From a virus (Duplodnaviria > Caudoviricetes), in the IMG/VR virus record IMGVR_UViG_3300005512_000171, positions 1 through 33,588 of that record: DNA of 33,588 nt; one strand, given 5' to 3'. Each line of letters starts with the position of its first letter. Position 1 is the first letter of the stretch. Both the position numbers and the translations under genes were made by a program. Under the pieces are notes generated by a model. It made no database searches, was not told the origin of the DNA, and saw only the letters and a list, made by a program, of their open reading frames with translations. Shown piece after piece: positions 1 to 8,219 of this stretch.

Positions 1-711
1 AAAAACCGTGCTTGAAAACTCAACTGTTCCTTTTGTAATGTAATCACTTGCTTGTAGTCCACCTAATCTTAGAGAATTAGAAGATGTTCCCCAATATACA
101 TAATCATCAGCACTAATACCATTTGAATCAGTATTCGCTAGAGTTAAACCTTTTTTGATGAGTGTAAAATCATCAATCGGATTTACTGAACTATTTAATG
201 TAAATGCTGTTTGTGATGCAATTGCAACGGTTTTACCGCCTGCTAAAACTTTAAGTATTGAATGATTGGCATTTCCTGTATCTTTTACTACCTGTGCAAC
301 AACTCCACTTACACCTAAGTCGGGAGATGCTTCAGGTCCAACAAGAACAAACGCTCCACCGTCCCAGGCATACATTTGTTTTGCAGAAGTATCCCACCAA
401 AAATCACCTATTCCTAGTCCGCCTGGTGCTGTTGCACTTACTTCTGCTCCTGATGCAGACTTAAATTTTGCGCCATCATAAAATTTTAATTTTTTGTTGC
501 CGCTATCATACCAAATCTGTCCTTCAACAGCCTTGGGTGGCGCAGTTGTATTTGCAAAATTTTCAAGAAGATGAAGGAAATTTTCATTCTGCACTTCACC
601 ATATCCGGCATAATTTTTACCAACAAATCTTAAATCTGTTGTCGTGTCGATAGTTCCATCCGCCACGGATGTTAAAAAAGTTCCATTAAATTTATCTACT
701 TGATATGCCAT
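1..711 (-). CDS. Tail fibre / receptor-binding protein paralogue (N-terminal 237 aa; runs off the window edge)
   Basis: Not in the ORF track because it has no stop in the window. ATG at 711 gives an open frame to position 1: MAYQVDKFNGTFLTSVADGTIDTTTDLRFVGKNYAGYGEVQNENFLHLLENFANTTAPPKAVEGQIWYD..., clearly paralogous to the N-termini of 1191-3467, 3486-5384 and 5394-7535. TAGGA and an ATAAATA motif lie upstream. Confidence 0.85.
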   Translation of the reverse strand, partial: MAYQVDKFNGTFLTSVADGTIDTTTDLRFVGKNYAGYGEVQNENFLHLLENFANTTAPPKAVEGQIWYDSGNKKLKFYDGAKFKSASGAEVSATAPGGLGIGDFWWDTSAKQMYAWDGGAFVLVGPEASPDLGVSGVVAQVVKDTGNANHSILKVLAGGKTVAIASQTAFTLNSSVNPIDDFTLIKKGLTLANTDSNGISADDYVYWGTSSNSLRLGGLQASDYITKGTVEFSSTVF

Positions 712-735
712 TGTGCTTTTTTCCTAGTTCTCTTG

Positions 736-743
736 TATTTATC
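736..743 (-). promoter_or_regulatory. T4-type late promoter-like motif (GATAAATA)
   Basis: Plus-strand tatttatc reads GATAAATA on the minus strand, in the 38-bp gap upstream of the ATG at 711. Resembles the T4 late consensus TATAAATA, and a gp55-like gene is present in the window. Confidence 0.6.
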
Positions 744-749
744 GTTTAT

Positions 750-1181
750 CTACAGAGTAATGTTTCTTAACTCCTCAAGCGTGGTTGCAGAATCCGCTAA
801 TAATGGAGCATCTCTTAGCCTATCACGCTCCGTAGTAAATGTTGCTATATCTCCAGCATTATTTGCTAGAATAGCATCTCTAAGCGCAATATCATTTGCT
901 TCAAAAAGTGGTATCCTTTCGTTTCTAAGTCTTTCCTTTGTTATTTCCTTTGCTGCATCAATATCCCAAGAGAAGTAATTTTCAGTTACTGCAGGATTAT
1001 AGTTAACCCTTAGAGCAACTTGAAAATCATCTAAATCCTGTGTTGAAATCGAGCCCCAATTAGTAATTAATCTGTACTTAGATCCTGTTGGAACTTCAGC
1101 AATCATATCTTCGGCTGACACTCCTTCAGCAGGATTCATAATTGCTACTCTGTTATTTTCTAATTCATGTAATAATATCAT
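750..1181 (-). CDS. Putative tail fibre assembly chaperone
   Basis: 143 aa, directly downstream of a fibre gene. The helical C-terminus (AKEITKERLRNER...ERDRLRDAPLLADSATTLEELRNI) resembles phage tail-fibre assembly chaperones. AGGA lies 7 nt before the ATG. Confidence 0.6.
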   Translation of the reverse strand: MILLHELENNRVAIMNPAEGVSAEDMIAEVPTGSKYRLITNWGSISTQDLDDFQVALRVNYNPAVTENYFSWDIDAAKEITKERLRNERIPLFEANDIALRDAILANNAGDIATFTTERDRLRDAPLLADSATTLEELRNITL

Positions 1182-1190
1182 GTTATCATC

Positions 1191-3467
1191 CTATTGTACC
1201 AGTATTACAGAATTATCTATACTGTCTGTTGTGTTATCATTTCCAGCACCTTGGTCCCACATTCTTACAGTTACTGAATTTGTTGTTGTTGAATTTCCAA
1301 CGCTTCCATATCCATCTAGCGAGACACCATGATCGTTGTCGGAAGTTATTGCTGCAATTCCAAACCACTCGTTAGTCATAACACCTGAAACCAAGTTAAT
1401 TCTATATCTTCCTCTTTCTAATCTTGTAACGCTGGTAACATTTTTACTTCCTTTTATAGTTCCGTTATTATCAAACCTTACCCACGCCTTTACATTTCCT
1501 AGTCCATCAACATACTGTTTAGGAACTGCATGTAAAGCAGAAGTTGGATTTCCGTCAAGTGTTAATTTGCCAGTCATTGTATCGCCGGACTTATTAACTT
1601 TGGTAGGATCCGATGCCGTTACTGAAATATTTGCCGTTCCATCAAAACTTACGCCATTGATCGTTCTTGCTGTCTGTAATCTGACTGCCGCGCTTGCTGT
1701 TGTTGCTAAAGTAGCGGTGGCAGCATTTCCATCTAACGATGCTGTAATAGTTCCTGCTGCAAAATTTCCACTAGCGTCTCTTGCTACAACTTTAGATGCT
1801 GTGTTAGAAGTATCAGCATCAACTGCCCAGGTTGTTGAACTTAAACCATCATAGTTATTTCCTGTGATGTAATCGCCAGGTATAATTTCTGCTAGGCTAG
1901 GTGCACCCCACTGTACCGTGCTACCCGTGGATTTTAAAACTTGATTTGCCGCTCCGATAGGAAGCAACGAAGTTGCGCCAGACGCAGTCTGGTAAGCAAT
2001 GGAGCCTGCGGCTCCGCCCGCGATATTTGTAGAGGTTGTTGCCAGCGTGGCCGTGTCAGCATTACCAACTAGATCGCCATTAAAAGTATTTGCATGAACA
2101 TTATCAAATTTTCTTGCACTCTTACCAAGATCAACGTCCTGATCAACGTTTGGCAGCAGAGCACCCTTTGAGCCATATCCCGATGCTACTGAAACATCGG
2201 GTGAGATTAAATCAATAACCGAAGTGTCAGTGCCATCATCAGCAACAATTCTTGCTGTTCTTGTTGCGGTAATTGTTGAATTGCTTCCTGATGCTGATAT
2301 AGTTAGATTGCTGCTGATGTTGACTACACCATTTACATCTAATCTGTTAAGTAATCCAACGCTTTCTAACTGTGAACTGACAACATTCGCTGCCAGTGCA
2401 GTATCAGTAAGTGTTCTCGCACTTGCTGTGATAGTAATGTCTGACTGACCATCGAACGGAACACCGTTTATGTCTCTCGCAGTTCTTAATTTTGTAGCAC
2501 TAAAAGCGTTACCGGTAAGCGTTTGTCCAACGAATCTATTTGCCTCAACTACGTCAAATCTTGATGTTCCTGAAGTTGCGGTAACATTTCCTGTTACATC
2601 ACCTGCTAAATCCGCAGTAATTAATCCTGCACTGAATCCACCAGAACTATTTCTTGCCACAACCTTACCAATTTGGTTGGCTGAACTTGCGTCAACGGAC
2701 CAAACCGTGGTTGAACTGCCATCAAAATCGTTTCCGGTTAAATACGTGCCAGCCTGCAAATTATTAGAAGTATTTGCAGATATCGTTATGTCTCTGGTTC
2801 CATCAAAGCCAACTCCGTTAATCAATCTCACATTGTCCAATGCTGTGGCTGTTGATGCATTACCTTTTAGATTTCCGTTTATGAATAGGCTGGAATTTAG
2901 GGTTATTCCTGCATCAAGAGTGTTAAAACCTGCTATTGCGTTGCTGCTATTAATTGTAAACGGACTAGAAGAAACTATTGCTATCACTATGTCAGCAACT
3001 GTCAACAGTATCACTGGATATTCAGTTCCTGTATCTGCAAAAAGTGTGGTACTTCTTGCTCTTGTGGTACCAAACCCCTCGGCAGTTTCTGGACCTATAA
3101 ATGCCCATGTGGTACCATTCCAAGTGTGGAGAGTGTTTGCACCAGCCTTAAACCAAAATGATCCCGTTGGTGGATCCTGTGGTGGATCAACACTTACTGC
3201 TGCTGCACCAACCTCAACCCATTTCGTACCATCATATGCTTTGAGTACATTTATATTTGTGTCAAACCAAAGTTGTCCACTGATGGGCTTGGCAGGAGCA
3301 GTTGTGTTTGCAAAATTTTCTAATAGGAAAAGGAAGTTTTCATTCTGAATTTCACCGTAACCAATGTAATTTCTACCCACAAGCGTAAGGCTTGAAGTTG
3401 TATCAATCGTGGAATCCTGAAGCGTCGTAAACGCTGTTCCATCACTTCTGTTAATTACGTATGCCAT
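1191..3467 (-). CDS. Tail fibre protein (758 aa)
   Basis: Shared fibre N-terminal domain; three xxINGVxFDG shaft repeats; duplicated DGxSxTxWxVDA...KVVAR unit; KVNKSGDTMTGKLTL...KQYVD shaft motif; C-terminal VKAWVRFD...NVTSVT...GRYRIN tip domain. AGGAG ribosome binding site (RBS). Confidence 0.85.
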   Translation of the reverse strand: MAYVINRSDGTAFTTLQDSTIDTTSSLTLVGRNYIGYGEIQNENFLFLLENFANTTAPAKPISGQLWFDTNINVLKAYDGTKWVEVGAAAVSVDPPQDPPTGSFWFKAGANTLHTWNGTTWAFIGPETAEGFGTTRARSTTLFADTGTEYPVILLTVADIVIAIVSSSPFTINSSNAIAGFNTLDAGITLNSSLFINGNLKGNASTATALDNVRLINGVGFDGTRDITISANTSNNLQAGTYLTGNDFDGSSTTVWSVDASSANQIGKVVARNSSGGFSAGLITADLAGDVTGNVTATSGTSRFDVVEANRFVGQTLTGNAFSATKLRTARDINGVPFDGQSDITITASARTLTDTALAANVVSSQLESVGLLNRLDVNGVVNISSNLTISASGSNSTITATRTARIVADDGTDTSVIDLISPDVSVASGYGSKGALLPNVDQDVDLGKSARKFDNVHANTFNGDLVGNADTATLATTSTNIAGGAAGSIAYQTASGATSLLPIGAANQVLKSTGSTVQWGAPSLAEIIPGDYITGNNYDGLSSTTWAVDADTSNTASKVVARDASGNFAAGTITASLDGNAATATLATTASAAVRLQTARTINGVSFDGTANISVTASDPTKVNKSGDTMTGKLTLDGNPTSALHAVPKQYVDGLGNVKAWVRFDNNGTIKGSKNVTSVTRLERGRYRINLVSGVMTNEWFGIAAITSDNDHGVSLDGYGSVGNSTTTNSVTVRMWDQGAGNDNTTDSIDNSVILVQ
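1627..2829 (-). repeat. Internal protein-level repeats of the tail fibre shaft
   Basis: RLINGVGFDGTRDI (~2788-2829), RDINGVPFDGQSDI (~2437-2478), RTINGVSFDGTANI (~1627-1668). Also two ~45-aa copies GxYxTGNx(F/Y)DGxSxTxWxVDAxxxNxxxKVVARxxSGxFxAGxITAxL (~2600-2745 and ~1740-1875). Confidence 0.8.
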
Positions 3468-3485
3468 ATTGCGCTCCTAATCATC

Positions 3486-5384
3486 CTATGGTAGTGCCAC
3501 CTCAGAAACATAGGTCCATGCACCCGCCACCAATTGGAAGGTCTTGATTACCCTCACTGTGGTTATGGTTGGTGCTGAAATTGTTGCGGTGCTAAATGCA
3601 ACGTCTGTTAGACCAAATGCTGAACCGCCTGCGGTAGTATTAAATTCTACCGTGGTAGTGCTTCTTAGTGGGTTTATTTCTAAACTTGTTGTTGAATTTG
3701 AAAGTGATGTACACAAAATTCTTGCGATAGTTCCGTTCCTATATTCTGCAACAGGAGCCAATTGTGCAAGAATCGTTCCCGCTATATAACTGTTTGGTTT
3801 CCCATCAGTTAAATCCATTGAAAACGCTAAACTTCTAGTTTCCACAGTTTCATCAACATATTCCTTAGTTGCTGCATCCTGTGCATCAGTAGGATCTGCC
3901 AATCCCGTAATTTTCGGACTTCCTATTAATGCAACATTACCAGTTCCGTCCGGTGCTATTTCTAGATCACTGTCGGATATCAATGTGGTAATCCTAGGTA
4001 ATCCACTACCACTATCGGTTTCTAGTTTAAAGTCTGCTGTAGGGGGAGTTGTACCAATGTTAACAACATTCTGTGTACCAAATGATGTAACACCAGGAAT
4101 GCTTGTAATGCCCGTTCCTAAACTTGTTCCATCTAATACTGTAACACCATCAATCTTAAATGCTTTTCCTGTAGCAAGATTGATGTGTTCTGATGATGTC
4201 CATGCCTGTGCAGCAAGCGTTGGTGTTCTTGAAGTTGCTGCTAGACCTAGATTAGACCATAGTAACACGTGATCAATATTACCTGCTGGACCTTTTAACA
4301 CTATGCCGCCACCGTCCGCTACTGTATCACTGTTTGTTGCAGCATCACCCGTCTGTGCCAATTCAATCTGTTTGTTTTCAACCACAAGGTTCTGTGTATT
4401 GAGGCTTAGTATATCTCCATCCTCTATGGTTAACTGACCTCTGATCGTTGTATTACCTTTGATTTCAACGCTTCCACCAAATACTGCTTCACTTCCTGTA
4501 AAGTTTTCATAAAAAGTTAACTTTCGATCAGTTGCGTCAATCTTTATTGCTTCTTCCTGAACAATTCCTTTTCTTACATTGAATACAATTGACTTATCGG
4601 ATGCTGTATTTGAGAAAAATAAGTTACCATTAGAATCAACAGTTAGGTTACCTTGGTCACCCGCTCCAAAAACTAATCCTAAATTTGAATTTATTCTTAT
4701 TTGTCCTGCAAACTGATTTGATGTATCTCGTCTTGCATATGTTGTTGCGTCAACTGCACCTAACTTCTCTGAGTTTGTTGCTGTAACATCAAATTTAATG
4801 CCTGCAAGAGTTCCCTGATTAAATCCTGGCTCTATGCTACCGGTATATCCTTCTATGGCATTCTTAGGTGTAAATGAATCTTTTGAAAAAATTCCAAGCA
4901 GTATACCATTATTGTATAAACTTGTAATCACACGTGTTTGATTGAGGGAGTCTAGTATGCTACTAACACGTAGTCCACTTAATCCTTGTAATTCAGAATA
5001 ATCAGGACCTAATAAAATAGTATCGGTTCCATCAAAAAAGTATAATTGCTTATCAATATTGTTGAACCATAAATCTCCAACACCAAGTGTACTAGGTTGT
5101 GTATTTGAAATAGTTGCAGAACTTACAGGAACAAATGCTGTTCCACTATAAACTTTTAATTTATTTTCAGTTCCATCAAACCAAATTTGTCCTTTGATAG
5201 GATTTGTTGGTTGTGTTGTGCTTGAAAAGTTTTCAAGAAGTTTTACAAAGTTTTCATTTAATGCTTCGCCAAACCCGCTATAATTTTTTCCTATTAGTGT
5301 AAGATCAGTTGAAAGGGTATCTATTTGACCATCAGCAACAGTTGCTACAATCGTTCCGTCTGTTTTGTTTACTTGATATGCCAT
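3486..5384 (-). CDS. Tail fibre-like protein (632 aa)
   Basis: Shared N-terminal domain (MAYQVNKTDGT...GKNYSGFGEALNENFVKLLENF...GQIWFD); fibre shaft motifs ADGGGIVLKG and KITGLADPTDAQDAATKEYVD; T/G/S-rich composition. Confidence 0.8.
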   Translation of the reverse strand: MAYQVNKTDGTIVATVADGQIDTLSTDLTLIGKNYSGFGEALNENFVKLLENFSSTTQPTNPIKGQIWFDGTENKLKVYSGTAFVPVSSATISNTQPSTLGVGDLWFNNIDKQLYFFDGTDTILLGPDYSELQGLSGLRVSSILDSLNQTRVITSLYNNGILLGIFSKDSFTPKNAIEGYTGSIEPGFNQGTLAGIKFDVTATNSEKLGAVDATTYARRDTSNQFAGQIRINSNLGLVFGAGDQGNLTVDSNGNLFFSNTASDKSIVFNVRKGIVQEEAIKIDATDRKLTFYENFTGSEAVFGGSVEIKGNTTIRGQLTIEDGDILSLNTQNLVVENKQIELAQTGDAATNSDTVADGGGIVLKGPAGNIDHVLLWSNLGLAATSRTPTLAAQAWTSSEHINLATGKAFKIDGVTVLDGTSLGTGITSIPGVTSFGTQNVVNIGTTPPTADFKLETDSGSGLPRITTLISDSDLEIAPDGTGNVALIGSPKITGLADPTDAQDAATKEYVDETVETRSLAFSMDLTDGKPNSYIAGTILAQLAPVAEYRNGTIARILCTSLSNSTTSLEINPLRSTTTVEFNTTAGGSAFGLTDVAFSTATISAPTITTVRVIKTFQLVAGAWTYVSEVALP

Positions 5385-5393
5385 TCTCTGTTC

Positions 5394-7535
5394 CTATGTA
5401 GTTATAAATGCAGGCGGACCTGATCTAATAATGTAATTTAGTGTTAGGTATGGATTCATAATACCTACCGGTGAACTTAGTGTGGTTCCTGATGGAACTT
5501 TTACTCCACCTGTGTCTGGTAGATACTGTGCTTCACCAGGGTTGTTTGGACCTCTTCCTGAAACTGAACTTACCGTAGGTGCCGTATCTACCCTTACACC
5601 ATAAAACTGTTCACCGTCAGCAACTAAATCATGTGAGTGTTCTGGTAAGTTTGATAGACTTAGTGTGACTGAACTACTGCCGCTTGACGCTGCTAATGTT
5701 TCTGGTTCTGTACCTGATATTCTTGCAGGAACAGGAGATCCACCTCCATTATCAACAAAGCCCCCGACGTCATTAGGCACGGTAATATTATTATCCATGT
5801 TGTGCCTGCCCAGTGCAAACCTACCTCTAAGATCAGGCACCCTAAATGTTTTACCTACAGCGCCATTCAAGGATGCTGTTCCATTGTATGTTGTTCCAAT
5901 TACATCATAAAGAGTCCTAAATTTTGCTATTTCAACTTCGCCGCCATCGCATAAAAGAAAACCATATGGAACATTGGGTCCAGCAAAAGGAAGTATAGCG
6001 CCTATTGGAATTCCTAAGTCGCCTACAAATGTGTCTCTAGTCTGTCTAAGCAATCCTGTTGATGTACTTCCTGTTAATGGATTTGCTCTATAAACTAGGA
6101 TTTGATCATCCTCACCGCTTCTATTTGGTAATGGCTCGTTCTTACTTGTAATAATGTTGGCTGTTAATTGTGTGTTGAATACTTTTGCATCGCCAATGCC
6201 GTCAAAAGTAAATCCGCTGGACACAACATCTCCAGCCATTGTAAAATTTGTTACATTCTTAAGGTTGGTTGCTGTGTTTGCATTTCCAGTAATATTACCA
6301 CTGATAGTTCCTTGTATCTCATCTGCTATAACAGTTTTTGCTCTAACATTATTCCATCTTAGAGATGCCGTACCAACATCATATGTTTCATTTGCTTCAG
6401 GAACAATATTTTTTGTTGTTGTAGTTCCATTTACATTTAATTGCTGTCCTATTCTTAATGTTTTCTTGATAGACACTCCACCTTCTGTTCTAATGCTACC
6501 AGTGGATAAATTAATTGCATCATTTGTGTCAGAAACAATTATGCTTCCAGTCAAGCCAATGTCTCCACCCACGTCTAATGCATTGTCAGGTGCTGCAATG
6601 TTTATGCCCACCTTGTCATCAATCACCCTTAGGATGGTATCGGGTATTCCATTTCTATTAATTTGTAAATCTATTGAACTTCCAGCCGCACTGTTATAAA
6701 GTTTTGCAGATGTTGCAGAAGTGGTCAACTGGAAATTACCGTCTAATCCGATTGATATACCCGTATTACTTCTTACATTAAATCCTTGTTCTGTAGTATT
6801 TGTAGTATCACTTCTTAAAAATTTACCAGCAGCAACTTCAACACCACCAACATTAAGTGCATCCGCATTTTTTGCAGTTCCAATTAATTTAGGAAGTTCA
6901 CCTCCTAAAAATATTGTAGAAAATTCCGCTTCCTCGGCTGCGTTTGCAGGAGTAGCAATGTTAAGGCCTGCCTTAATCTGGTCAAAACCCTTTATTTCAA
7001 TCTTAGGAGTAAATGAATCTCTTGATAAAATTACAACTGGAGTATCTGCAATATAGAAAGTTAAAACGTTTCTATCAAAGTTATCTTGGTCAACAATATT
7101 TTCAACTGCTGGACCATACCTCTTACCGTCGATTGAACTTTCACTTGGTCCTACTAATAACCATCTAGATCCAGTATAGATTCTTAATTGCTGATTAGTT
7201 GTGTCAACCCATAATTCACCTACCTTAGAATTTTCAACTGAAGGTTCGGTAGGACCTTTCTGTATGTTTGATGCAGCCTTCCAACTAGTGTTGTCATACA
7301 ATTGTAATACACCATTTGTAGTGTCATACCATAATTGTCCTTCGACAGGATTTACAGGTTGTGAAGCACTTGCAAAATTTTCTAATAGAGATAAAAAGTT
7401 TTCAGCAATTATTTGACCGTATCCAGTTACATTCCTTCCCGGAAATGTTAAACTTGTATCATTGCTTGAAGTATTATCAAAAACAGTAATAGGGGATTTG
7501 TTATCTTTATCTGTAAAATTTACAATATATGGCAT
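5394..7535 (-). CDS. Short tail fibre-like protein with tail collar domain (713 aa)
   Basis: Shared N-terminal domain; tail-collar motif IPIGAILPFAG...GFLLCDG...LYDVIGTTY...FRVPDLRGRF (~5818-6012); LPEHSH HxH motif (5631-5639) and terminal NPYLTLNYII, as in T4 gp12/gp37-type tips. Confidence 0.85.
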   Translation of the reverse strand: MPYIVNFTDKDNKSPITVFDNTSSNDTSLTFPGRNVTGYGQIIAENFLSLLENFASASQPVNPVEGQLWYDTTNGVLQLYDNTSWKAASNIQKGPTEPSVENSKVGELWVDTTNQQLRIYTGSRWLLVGPSESSIDGKRYGPAVENIVDQDNFDRNVLTFYIADTPVVILSRDSFTPKIEIKGFDQIKAGLNIATPANAAEEAEFSTIFLGGELPKLIGTAKNADALNVGGVEVAAGKFLRSDTTNTTEQGFNVRSNTGISIGLDGNFQLTTSATSAKLYNSAAGSSIDLQINRNGIPDTILRVIDDKVGINIAAPDNALDVGGDIGLTGSIIVSDTNDAINLSTGSIRTEGGVSIKKTLRIGQQLNVNGTTTTKNIVPEANETYDVGTASLRWNNVRAKTVIADEIQGTISGNITGNANTATNLKNVTNFTMAGDVVSSGFTFDGIGDAKVFNTQLTANIITSKNEPLPNRSGEDDQILVYRANPLTGSTSTGLLRQTRDTFVGDLGIPIGAILPFAGPNVPYGFLLCDGGEVEIAKFRTLYDVIGTTYNGTASLNGAVGKTFRVPDLRGRFALGRHNMDNNITVPNDVGGFVDNGGGSPVPARISGTEPETLAASSGSSSVTLSLSNLPEHSHDLVADGEQFYGVRVDTAPTVSSVSGRGPNNPGEAQYLPDTGGVKVPSGTTLSSPVGIMNPYLTLNYIIRSGPPAFITT

Positions 7536-7538
7536 CTA

Positions 7539-8207
7539 TTATCCCTCATTAAAACCAGTTAAACTTTGTATTCTAATCGTATAATCTATCTGCAATAATC
7601 TGTTCAATGATTTTTGCACAGGATGGAAGATTACATGTGTTAGTAATTTGCCTTCGCCATTTGGATTGTATGATTTTAATCCTAATTCATCAAAAACAAA
7701 ATTTCCATCTAGATTAACACTGTTATCAAATGCTTCTTGATCATCGGGTTCTCCGTAATCTAGTAAACACGAAATGATAATATCACTGTAAGTTGCTCCG
7801 CTAATGTGCCTAACTTCCATCTTGTTCCTAGTAGGATCAACATTGGCAATTGCGTTTTGATCAACTATCTTTGTGTATGTTTGATTGTATAAACTAGAAT
7901 TTATTCCTACAGTATTTGGGGTCAAATAGGTTATTAGTCCGGTAGGATCCACAGAAGTACCACCAGAACCAAACGCCATCTCATAAATTGTACCTAAACC
8001 TTGATTAGAAAGAGATTGCACCATAGCAACACTCATGTTTTCATAGTGTATGGCATTGCGCTTGTCCTGGAAAACTTCACCAGTTTCCGGGTCGAATATC
8101 TTGATGTGCCCCTCGAAATGGAACCCTCCGGTCTCATTTACTATTGGTTTGCTATTTTCTTTAGTTTCTTTTTGGCTATCTGGCATTTTGTTCTCTTCAG
8201 TTTTCAT
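7539..8207 (-). CDS. Virion structural (baseplate/tail) protein, possibly a fibre-attachment protein
   Basis: Lies between the giant wedge gene and the fibres. Motifs MAFGSGG...DELGL...LLTHVIFHPVQKS loosely recall baseplate-proximal fibre N-terminal domains. The track start at 8246 overlaps the upstream gene; ATG at 8207 or 8186 (GAAGAG upstream) is more plausible. Confidence 0.6.
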   Translation of the reverse strand: MKTEENKMPDSQKETKENSKPIVNETGGFHFEGHIKIFDPETGEVFQDKRNAIHYENMSVAMVQSLSNQGLGTIYEMAFGSGGTSVDPTGLITYLTPNTVGINSSLYNQTYTKIVDQNAIANVDPTRNKMEVRHISGATYSDIIISCLLDYGEPDDQEAFDNSVNLDGNFVFDELGLKSYNPNGEGKLLTHVIFHPVQKSLNRLLQIDYTIRIQSLTGFNEG

Positions 8208-8211
8208 AGTG

Positions 8212-8219
8212 TATTTATT
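8212..8219 (-). promoter_or_regulatory. T4-type late promoter-like motif (AATAAATA)
   Basis: Plus-strand tatttatt; overlaps the TAA stop of the giant gene, directly upstream of the fibre gene cluster. Confidence 0.55.

Noticed and set aside
1-7535. Diversity-generating retroelement or invertible fibre cassette
   Set aside because: No reverse transcriptase or invertase, no near-identical ~100-bp template/variable repeat pair and no inverted repeats were noticed; all fibre genes share one orientation. A template elsewhere in the genome cannot be excluded.
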